From Rhynchobatus australiae (Eukaryota), in contig JAUZTB010000072.1 in the NCBI GenBank assembly GCA_034780895.1, positions 13,627,458 through 13,691,457 on the forward strand: a DNA stretch of 64,000 nt, in the 5' to 3' direction. The translations under genes and the position numbers were made by a program. Shown in pieces: positions 13,701-25,700 of the stretch. Under the pieces are notes generated by a model. It searched no databases, was not told the origin of the DNA, and worked only from the letters and a program-made list of their open reading frames with translations. Positions within the stretch are counted from its first letter, which is position 1; the number at the start of each line of letters is the position of its first letter.

Positions 13701-16700
13701 GATGGCTTTGCAGACACTTGCAATGTCACAGTACTGTAGGAAGGCGTATTGAGGAACCCCATTTACCTTCTTGATGTCAATATCCTGTCATTTTAAATAA
13801 AAAAAGACAATAGCATGGACTTTGAACTCTGGGCCTTTGCCTCATTTCAAAACCTATTCTTGGCAATTTTAATGTTTTGATATTAATTATTTGTTCTTTG
13901 CATTTCTTATTAAAAGTAAGTTGTGCTGCAAAAAATTTCATTATTAAATAGTTGTTTTTATGTGCAACAGTAGTGCATAATATCAACCCAATATCATTTG
14001 CATTGGCCTCTTGACCAGAAATGGGCAATTAGAACATTACTCAAGGAAACATTGTAATATACTTGAATTATAAGAGGAAGAGCGTGAGAGCGTGTCCACA
14101 AGTATTGAGACACCTGCTTGGATAACACATTGGGTTCCCCACCCCCCTCCTATGCTTGAACTCAAAGACTTGGTACCAGTTAGGACTCAAACTCAACCTT
14201 TTTGACCTATAAACTATTTATAGTTCAATTTGGAAACCAGATTACTTCACATTAGTGGTGCAATTGAGCTTGCAAATCTGATCCCAAGTTTTAATAATAC
14301 ATACTAACCAAGTATTGTATAGAATCCAATATATTCTGGAAAATAAACGATGAAATGTGAGTCATTCCAGGCTCTTTAAAAAGTTTTGCCTATATCCTAC
14401 ATCCCACCAGGTCATATTCATGCAAAATCCTGCCCCTATGTGCACCTCCATTGGTTCTGGAAGCCCTTATACTTCCAATTTAAAATTCTCAGTCATGTTT
14501 AAAGCTATTCACAATCTCAGCTGGCTTTTTTCTACTCTTGCAGTTTCATTTAATAAATCAGGCAGGTTGATCAGTACTTTACGTTGCCTTGAAATACTGC
14601 AGGCCTTTCCAAATCAGATATTTGGAGTTTGCAGAAAGCTGACACAGTTTCAACCTTTCAGCATCATGTACATTGACTTAGAATCAATTTGACCCAGCTT
14701 ACCAGTTTTGCCCAGCTCCCAGGAGGACTTATAATGTGGCAATTAGATTATCAAAATTAAGACAAGTGCAAAACAAACAACAAATATGGTTTATTCTCCA
14801 AAATAAAAATGAGATTAAATACAAATCACTGAAGTTATTCAATGTTCTGTAACAAATATCTCCCCTGCAAAAATTATGGAAAATAATCAAGGTGATGAAT
14901 AATTAGAACGTAAATAATTTTATTTAGCCTGACACGCTTCCAAGTCAAGAGTTCATAGAAAATCCTGTCATCTTGATATTGACCAACCCAACAGGGTACA
15001 TACCACAATCTCCCCAAAGCGTTCAAAGATGTTTCGAAGATCTCCATAGGTTGTGGTTTTCTCCAAGTTTCCAATAAATAATGTTCTTGTGGCCTTGGGA
15101 TGAAACTCATCTATTCGGTCATCCAGTGGTCGAAATTCATTCTCACTTTCCGTTTCTGCAAGGGGACCCAAACAAAAAAAAATTCGAAAATATATTATGT
15201 CACCAACATCAAAACATTATTCATGCGAACTCTTCACACTTGTAGTGTAACTATGCAGAACACATTATGTTCATGTGGCCCTGCAGCTACCTCCTATTCT
15301 TCAATCCTCAAGTGCTTTAACTAAGGCATAACTGGCTAAAGAGCTCGCTGTGTCATCTACTTATCAAATAGACTGATTTCACCCTACCATTGGTAGCCCT
15401 TTCTTCTTCACCTGTGGTCCATTTTCCTGCTGTGGATATATTTGGAGACTTCTTTATATACTGTAATGAAATTGTGCTGTAGCAAAAACTCAGTGCTGTT
15501 CCCTGTATTTATTTCCAGTACAAGCAAGGAAACTCTATCAAAAGCACAGTTATGACAGAATCCATAGTTAAGTGAAAATGCTTTCAGAACTACAGATTCT
15601 ACAGTTTAGTTGAACCATTGCCCCTACACTTCTACCCACACTGCCCAATCAATAATTTTCATTTAAAGATAGGACTGAAACCAGCAGCCCAAATGGGGAA
15701 CTGTGCACACATATCCACCTGGTGGTGCACTGTGTTACAGCATTTCTCAATGAAACAAATAATACTCTAACGGGACTTGGTAGAGTTGATGTTTCCATAT
15801 CAACATGCTTAGAACCAGGGTTCAATCTTAAAATAAGGAGTTGGACAGAAATGTCTTCACCCAGAGGGTATGAAGTCGTTGGAATTCTCTACTCAAGCAG
15901 GGTGTGGGGGCTCAGTCAGTAAGATAGAGACTGCTAGATTTTTGTATATTAATAGAATTGAGGGACACAGAATTATGGTGGAAAGTAGGTTTCAGGCAAA
16001 AGGTGATCTGTGATCTTACTGAATAGCAGAATTGAGGATGGACTGAAAGGGCAACTTTTTTTGTGTCCAAGAATGGCCCCTTAGCAGGGCACAGGCTGGG
16101 ATTGTAACAATCAGTGAATTTAATTGACTAAAACTAATTTAAGCTCATGCACCTCTCATCTCTTCAGCAAGGTAACAGGCAACGTACTACAGTTCCTATG
16201 TGATTTAACTAATTTAAAACACAATTGTTCCTTGCTTCCATCAAGTCTTTGACACAACCATGCTCTCTCAAAACTCAGTGCTGCTCAGTAAACACCTACC
16301 TGGGCCAGTCCAAGCAGTGACTTCAATCTGCATGCCAAAAAATAACTTCCCCTTGGACGCATTCATAGCCTTCTCCTGATCTTCTTGTTGTCGAAAGAAA
16401 ACAAGGCCATAGCGCTCCTCAGAAGCACCATGGATCTGCACAGATGTTACCTTCCCATACTTCTTAAATTCATGGAATAGACCATCTTTAAGGCTTGTGT
16501 CTAAATGCAAAAATAAACATTTTCAATACAATGTTGTTCACATGATGCAAAATATCATTTTTCTTTAGTTCAATTAGTAATCAACAGAATCTCCAATTTT
16601 ACAGGTGCTTACATCTAGTATGCTCTTCTGATTTGAAATGGTAGACACGCCTGGCTTTCAGAGATTCTCAGATGAGAGCTACCAAAATGATCTGAAAGTA

Positions 16701-19700
16701 TGGAGAGCACTGGCCATGCTGCAGGCAGCAGACAAACATTACAACCCCTGCAAAATGAAATGGAGGGGAAGTTGGACTAAGAGAGGATTTGACCTGCTAC
16801 TTGTATCCAATAATTATAATGGCAAAGCTTTGCTCAATTTTAAGCCAGATCTTTGCCCTTCTTTTCAATAATATTTCTAACTTAAGTAGAAAACAACATT
16901 TGGAGAGACAACATTTGGAGAAATGCAAAGAGCTAAATTGAAATGAGGATTCAAAAAGAAGTCCTCAATTTTATATTAGTAATTTATATAAAAGTAATTA
17001 TGGCACAAAATGGCATCCCTAAAGTAAGCAAGTATGACAGGTTCTATTAAATTCTCCTGTTGAATAGAAACAGACATCAGATTTATTACGGGTTTGGATT
17101 CTAACTTCAATATGTGGCTGTGACATCAATATTTATAATTTCAATGTATTCAAGAAATGTAGTAATAATAAAAAAGGAATTCCCAATTTAAGCATTTCAA
17201 AAGATTAAAACTTCTCTTTAAAGAGAAGTAACATTAAGAAACCAATTAACTTTGGGTTGTGAAATTAAAACACAGTATTCAACTATGTGATAAACATTTC
17301 AAGTTCGGAGTTATAAGCTTTTAGCACTGATCATTATATAATCTCAAATCCAAGTAACTTCTGAGTTTGTTTCTTCCATATATGCTTTCTGTTTTGAAAA
17401 TACCTTTGTCAGTCTCTCACTGAAGTGAATGGACTGAGGAAGAAAATAAACAAGTGCATTTTTTCTAACAAGCCTCTTGATTATACAAAAATCTAGCAAT
17501 CTCTATCTTGAATGTATTTACTGAGCCCACACAATCCGCTTGAGTAGAGAATTCCAATGACTTCACTTTTTCTAAAAGGCATGCACCTAATTTTTTTTCC
17601 CTATCACTCTTCCACTAATTGTTTTTCCTCTACATCTGAAGAGATTCATTCTTTGCTGGGGTACAACTGTATGATAGCTTCTAGTCTATGTACAAGTTGC
17701 TATTTTTCATGTGTATCTACTACATTAAATACTGGCAGATTATTCAATAATTGCCCACTCCCATCTCATGTTCATGGATGTAATTCTGGCAGAAACAATG
17801 ATCAAGAGCAGGAAATGCCCACTTTTCTGTCCATAATCTAGATATTTTTAGGACCAAATATAAACCTACAATTACCATCATGGCTGAATTCATCCTATTA
17901 AGCAAAGGATTCCAAAGACTTTTGGGGGCTCCATTTTAAAATACTCAAACGTTTCTAAATACCTCCCATAGCTTCGCCACATTTTGTTTTGCATTCTCTT
18001 CTAGCCCACAAACACTCTGAAAACTTTGCACTCTTCCAATTCTGGCCTTGATAATGTGCCAATGTTTAGAACTGACATACATTTGACTGCTAAAGGTCAA
18101 ACTCTGCANNNNNNNNNNNNNNNNNNNNNNNNNNNNNNNNNNNNNNNNNNNNNNNNNNNNNNNNNNNNNNNNNNNNNNNNNNNNNNNNNNNNNNNNNNNN
18201 NNNNNNNNNNNNNNNNNNNNNNNNNNNNNNNNNNNNNNNNNNNNNNNNNNNNNNNNNNNNNNNNNNNNNNNNNNNNNNNNNNNNNNNNNNNNNNNNNNNN
18301 NNNNNNNNNNNNNNNNNNNNNNNNNNNNNNNNNNNNNNNNNNNNNNNNNNNNNNNNNNNNNNNNNNNNNNNNNNNNNNNNNNNNNNNNNNNNNNNNNNNN
18401 NNNNNNNNNNNNNNNNNNNNNNNNNNNNNNNNNNNNNNNNNNNNNNNNNNNNNNNNNNNNNNNNNNNNNNNNNNNNNNNNNNNNNNNNNNNNNNNNNNNN
18501 NNNNNNNNNNNNNNNNNNNNNNNNNNNNNNNNNNNNNNNNNNNNNNNNNNNNNNNNNNNNNNNNNNNNNNNNNNNNNNNNNNNNNNNNNNNNNNNNNNNN
18601 NNNNNNNNNNNNNNNNNNNNNNNNNNNNNNNNNNNNNNNNNNNNNNNNNNNNNNNNNNNNNNNNNNNNNNNNNNNNNNNNNNNNNNNNNNNNNNNNNNNN
18701 NNNNNNNNNNNNNNNNNNNNNNNNNNNNNNNNNNNNNNNNNNNNNNNNNNNNNNNNNNNNNNNNNNNNNNNNNNNNNNNNNNNNNNNNNNNNNNNNNNNN
18801 NNNNNNNNNNNNNNNNNNNNNNNNNNNNNNNNNNNNNNNNNNNNNNNNNNNNNNNNNNNNNNNNNNNNNNNNNNNNNNNNNNNNNNNNNNNNNNNNNNNN
18901 NNNNNNNNNNNNNNNNNNNNNNNNNNNNNNNNNNNNNNNNNNNNNNNNNNNNNNNNNNNNNNNNNNNNNNNNNNNNNNNNNNNNNNNNNNNNNNNNNNNN
19001 NNNNNNNNNNNNNNNNNNNNNNNNNNNNNNNNNNNNNNNNNNNNNNNNNNNNNTTATTTATTGGTAACTTAGTGATTTTTATGTCTTGCACTGTATTGCT
19101 GCCACAAAACAACAAATTTCACAACATACAGTATGTCAGTGATAATAAACCTGATTCTGCCAAATAGAAGAAACTTTTCAAATGATGTTTACTCACCAGT
19201 AGAACGGACTGGCAAATTTTGGACCTTGATTCCATAGCTCTTGCGTGGTTCATCCTTTTCCACAGGTGTTGGGAGTTGAACTGGTGGTGCAGGGACTGCA
19301 GCAGACTGAACGGATCTTGCTGGAGACTCGTCACTGGAACTGCTGCTTGAATCACTACTGTGAAAAGTAAAGCTACTGGTTAGATTTGACCAACTGTGTT
19401 CCACATTACAGAAAATATGAGTACATTCCCATTATAGCTGCAGACTAAACAACATCCAATTTATTTATATCTATCCTACAATCCCAATCCTGTTGCTATG
19501 GAGAGCTCATGCTTCTCCAAAGATACAAAGCAGTAAATAAAAATTAACTTTGCGGCTCTTATAGTCAAGGTTAGAGTGGCAGCAACAATGATCTTTAAGT
19601 AGGTGATGCACTCACTCAGATAAAAATGTTTTGTTCAGGTTAGTATAAATGCACATCAAATGTCTTACTTTTTTTTAAGTGTAATAATTTTTTTGAAATA

Positions 19701-22700
19701 CAGTATTATGATAAATCAATAAACTATTCTTTTATAAAGGCTTGCTCCATTTCACATGTTATTCAATCAGGAGAATGTCTTTCTACATGTAGTAATTCAG
19801 TGTATTATCATGTCTCTTTACAAATACCAAAATGTGTTTAAGGAATACAAATAACATACTGCAGCACAATTTATGAATTCCCATCAGACTAACCATATGT
19901 GCATGCTACTCATATTTTGGTATCAATGAGATTTCTACAACTGCATCATTTTATAAGCATTCAAATTAACAGTTTATTGCATTATAGCAACCAAATTTAA
20001 ACTTTTCTCCTTTTATCTATACTCCGCATGGATTAGAAAGTGTTAACCCATTTATTAAAAAAAAACTTTAGAATCTAAGCACAGTTTAACAATTGGTAAC
20101 GGGGAAGAAATTTTCAAAAAGCTGATAAACATAAGCAATAGGTATAAACTGATAGACTCTATGCACACAGTTTGAAGAAACAAGGTAAACACAATTAAGT
20201 TCCAAATAATATTGGAAGGCCAGTGAAACCTCTGTCCCAAGTACTGTACAAGCGAAACTGATTTCCGACAAAAAGTTGTGGTTTTGTCAATCAGTTCCTT
20301 CAAAAAGGAGAACTGGTTGGTATAAGAAAGGAGATTATAGAAAGTATGATTAAAATCACTATTTGCATGCTAACCAACTAAAACACCATGCAATACACGG
20401 AGCCAAGTGATCAGATTAAACCTCTGCAGTACTATGATACCTTGTCATGAGTAGTGGTAGACAACTAAAGAGCTAACAGGAAGAGGCAGCACCAAGATCA
20501 GCCCCATTTTCAACAATGGGGGGGGTCCAACATATGAGTTCTGAATAAAAGGCTGAAGCATATATAATCATGTTCAGCCCGAAGTGCCAATCTATTTTGG
20601 TTCCTCCTNNNNNNNNNNNNNNNNNNNNNNNNNNNNNNNNNNNNNNNNNNNNNNNNNNNNNNNNNNNNNNNNNNNNNNNNNNNNNNNNNNNNNNNNNNNN
20701 NNNNNNNNTGAAGCATATATAATCATGTTCAGCCCGAAGTTCCAATCTATTTTGGTTCCTCCTAAGATTGCCACCATCACAGAAGCTGGTCTCATGGTAA
20801 TTCTTATTCACTCCACTTGATATAAAGAAACAGCTGTGAGCATCAAATTGAGCAAAGGGTATGGGACCAGAAAATCTCAGCTATAGTACTGAAGACCTGC
20901 GCTCCAGATCTACCTGTGTTCTAGCCAAGCTAATCCAGTACAGTTACATAACTGGCATCCATGCAACAATGTAGAAAATTGCTCAGATATGCACAAATTA
21001 CAGAACAAACCCAAGAAGACCAACCAATGTTCAATCAATCTATCTACTCTCGATGATCAAGAATTGATGGAAGCCATCACCAACAGTGCCATCAAGTGAC
21101 AGTTAGTCACCAGTGGAATCATCTGGCTCCAGATCTCATAACAATCATGTTTTAAACATGGTATAGAGCTGAATGCCAGAAGTGAATGAGAGTTCTGCTC
21201 TTATCATCAATGCAGCACTTGACATTGTGTGGCATCAATGTGCTCTGGTTAAACTGAAATCAATGATCATCAAGGGGACAACACTCCAATGGTTTGAGTC
21301 ATAACTTGTATGGTTGTGGTTGTCTGAGGTCAATCATACCAGCTCCAGGGCATCACTGCAGGAGTTCCTCAGGGCAGTGTTCTAGACCTAAGCAACTGCA
21401 CCTGCTTCATCAATGACTATGGTTCCAATCATAAGGTCAGAAGTGGTGATGTCTGCTGATGATTGTGCAGTACTCAATTCCGTTTGCAACTTCTCTGCGA
21501 ATGAAGCAGCCCATGCCTGTAGGCAGCAAGGCCCAGACAACATTTAGGCATTGGCTAATAGTGGCAAATAACATCTGTGAGACAGCAGAGTCAGGCAATG
21601 ATCACCTCCAACAAAAGAACACCTGACTATCTATCCTCGACTTTCAATGACATTACCATTGTCAAGTCTCCCAACTTCAATATACTGGAGGGTCACCACT
21701 GACTAACCACACTCAATTAGACTAGCCACACAAGTATTGTGGCTACATGAGCACATCAGAAATTCAGTTCCTTTTGATATTGAAGTCCTGCACCCCAGAC
21801 AGGATACTTTCTATGGTGCACCTATTGTTGAGGGTTAAGAGGGACATGCTGAGTTTCTTTAGCCTCTTGAGGAAGTAGAGGCATTGATGTGCTTTCTTGA
21901 CCATGGCGTTTACTTGGTTGGAACAGGACAGGCTACTGGTGATATTCACTCCCAAGAACTTGAGCTCTCAACCTCAGCACAGTTGATGTAAACAGGAGCA
22001 TGTGCACCACCCCCCACCCCCCCTTCCTGAAGCCAATGACTAGTTCTTTTGTTTTGCTGACACTGATGGAAAGGTTGTTGTCATGACACCATGCTACTTG
22101 GCTCTCTATATCCTTCCTGTACTCCGACTCATCATTATTTGAGATTTGGCCCATTACAGTGGTGTCATCTGCAAACTTGTAACTCTAACTCCAAGCATAA
22201 TCTGGCACGCAGTTGTTAGTGTATAGGGAGTAAAGTAGGGGGCTGAAGACACAGCCTCCTGGGGAACCAGTGTTGAGGTGAAGGTGTTGCTACCTACACT
22301 TATTGATTGTGGTTTGTTGGCCTGGAAGTCAAATATCCAGTAGCAAAGGGAGGTGTTGAGTCCGTTGCCTTGGAGTTGGGAGATGAGTTTGCTTGTAATT
22401 ATGGTTCTTAAGGCGGAATTGCAGTCAATAAATAGTAGTCTGACATAGGTGTCTTTACTATCCAGATGCTCCAGAGATGAGTGTAGGGCCAGGGAGATGG
22501 CATCTGCTGTGGACCTGTTTTGGTGGTAGTCGTAGTGCAGTGGGTCGAAGCTGACTTCTCGAAACACTTCAGACCCACCTGGCGGTAATCATTAAGGCAC
22601 ATTACCTAATTTTTCTTTGGTATTGGAACAATAGTGGTCTTTTTTAAAGCTGGCAGGTACCTCTGATTGAAGTAGGGAGAGGTTAAAAATGTCTGCAAAT

Positions 22701-25700
22701 ACCCCTGCCAGCTAATCTGCACATGATCTAAGTACATGGCTGGGGACTCCATCCAGGCCAGATACTTTCTATCAGTTTACTCTCCAGAAGACTGATCTGA
22801 TGTCTGCAACTGTGACTGTGGGTACAGGTGTACTGGAGGTTGTCAGGGCAGGTGGTGACATTCCATTCCTCCTCTGTTCAAAACAAGCATAGAATGATGC
22901 ATGGGAACACCACATCTGCAGGTTCTCCTCCAAGTCACGCAACATCCTGACTTAGAAATATATTGCTAGTTCTACATTGTTGCCAGTTCTAAATACCAGA
23001 ACTCCCTGCCCAACTGCACTATGCGAGTATCTATACTAAATGGACTGCAGCAGTTCACCTCTACAGTTTCAAGGGCAATTAGAATAGGAAAAGCCTAGTT
23101 CCTGAAAAAAAGTGTATTGCACGGTACTAAACTTGCACAAGCAGAGAGGAGGATGGAAGAGGCTTTATGGAAGACGGATGAATGATGGTGTGAAACTGGG
23201 ACAAATAATCTGGTTATTTACTTAAATAACTTGCAAATTCAAGGATTCCACATCATTCACTCAGGTTATTCTTGTGGGTTGGAGACCATAATAAAGTTTA
23301 TATAGATTAGGAAAGCAGCAATTTCATAGGGACTACAGAATATTTCTTATTTGATAACAAAAAAATTCTGCTGATGTTGAAAATTTGAAATGGATCAGAA
23401 AATCCTGGACATACTGCAGGTCAAGCAGCATCTGTGGAGATAGAAACAGAGTTAATGTTTCAGATCAATTACTTCTCATCAGAATTGCTGCCTGATCTGC
23501 TGAATATTTCCAAAATTTTATTTATTTCTATACATTTAATTTTTTTTAAGTCATTCTATATCTTAACTATTTGCTTGATTGTTTTAAAATCACAGATGTG
23601 AATCAGACATATAGAGAAGATAATCAGCCTAGAAAAACTACAAGGTCCCACAGTGTAGAATGCTAAGCATGAAGAATAATTTGTGTAGTGCTATTAACAA
23701 GTCAAATTAATTGCTAACACCAAATAAAAGGAAGATAACACATTATCTAACATCATTCTGAAAATGTATAAGTATTGAATAATGTTTCGAAAATTAATTA
23801 CCGACGAATGTTCACATAAGAAGCTTTAAGGATCAACTACTGAAGCTTGTGATGTTACTGAAGAAGAGGACATACTACTTCCAAAGTAGTTTTCAAGTGA
23901 ATAAAGTTTCTTAATGTATCAGAAAGCTAGAAATTGAAATTAAAAGCCAACTGCATTTTTGTCTGGAGGATATGCAAAAATCAGAAGAGATGTTCCTGTA
24001 AATATGTATCTGCCTATGTTTATTCCAGGATGATGGACTGTTTCAAAATTTCAACATTTCGATCTAAAATATGCTCATTCAGTGGAAGTAAAATTAATTT
24101 AAATCATTTCAGAATTTTGTAGACTGGATGTGCTTGACTAACGCTGATCAGATTAAATGTATTCCAAATGAACAGTTTTCTCATTGGTTCAAAATAATAT
24201 GCAAGGTTATTTACTATGAATTTATATTGATTTGTTACTAACTCATGCATACAAGTAAAAAGAATTAAAACCAACATGCTGAAGTAGCATGATTACACCA
24301 TACAATTCAACTCTGCACCTCAATGAGTGGTATCCAAGATACTCATCAATTTCCAGCAGTGCTGTCATATTACACTCAAAGCAGCTGCAAGGTCAGATCA
24401 CGTAGGCTGCTGACACCTAAACCAGCTGGAAGATTATTTCACGGCAGAGCTATAAAAGTCAACAAGCAACCAACTTTTTGCATTGTATAGTGGCATGTAA
24501 CCAGAAATTACTGAAAATTTTTTACAATGCAGTTCTACAAAAGGCTCAGAGATAGGAATTATTCTACATGCTTCTGGTTCTAAGAATGTTTACTACAATA
24601 TTCATTTCATTTAGAAATTCTCAAATCACATTTATTATTTTTTCTCGATTATGACTAACCTATGTTTACTTGCTAATTGTTAAAATATCTACATAAAATT
24701 TCAGTAACAGCTGATCAGAATCTTAGATATTTAACAGCCACTATATATATACTTCAGAAAAAAATAACCATTTTGTCCACCCAAAATACTTTTCCATCCA
24801 CATCTGCTGCTGGTATAAATCTAACTTTTTTTAAACTTACTCTCCCAAGCAGTATTCCTCAATGTTATGAAATATATGATACAACTCACTTAACAATAAT
24901 GATTTAATATAACTGCCTCATAAGCAAAAACACAGCTAAAATATCCATAGAAAGATTCTGCACTCCATAAGCTCTTAAACTGAAATAGGTTACTTTTCTG
25001 TTTATACATTAGTATTGTTTCAAAACAAAGTTGATTTCATTAATAAGTCATGGAAAGAGAACAAAACATTTTCTTCATTTTTCATTGACAAAACTGTATA
25101 TCTGTTTATATGATGAAACAAAGGGCAACAATGCACTTCAAGGCATATCTACAATTGTTCTCCAACTAAGTTCTGGCAAGGTAAAGGCATCCTTTCTCTT
25201 TAAACAAATACAAACTTTACCAATAACCATTATAACATAAACACAATCTGCTTTTCAATCCAAAACACACAACAGTAAACACATAGAAGTGATGCCTTCT
25301 ATATATCTTAAACAGTGTTAAAAGCAAATTGCCATTGTGAAGGATGCCTGCATGTTCAACTCTGCTGATTCAGGATTTTGGCATATCATATTTGCAGTCT
25401 GGGATCAAGCTGCCCTTTTGAAAAATGACCATTTAGAGTAACTCAGCAGCTGAATCAGAATTGATTTGGTTCCTGAATCAGCACTAAATAGAACAACACT
25501 AAACACACCAAATTCAGATAAACAAAAATTCATCCAAAATATTGAACATTTGTTTATTTCAAATAATCAAGTAACACAATCGTGATGCAAGCAGAAATGG
25601 CAATATTATGTGTGCATTAGAATAGCCACAGAAATGTCAACATTTCATTATCAATTCTTCCCAAAGAAACTTCCATTAAAACTGAGACTCCAGTTTTCCT

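Noticed and set aside
18026-19115. 340-aa ORFs on both strands (also the ORFs at 9276-9642 and 27579-27787)
   Set aside because: They consist mostly of X residues from N runs.
20554-20763. 55-bp direct repeat (one mismatch) flanking a 100-N gap
   Set aside because: Typical unmerged contig overlap, probably at a heterozygous SNP; not a biological repeat or CRISPR-like array.
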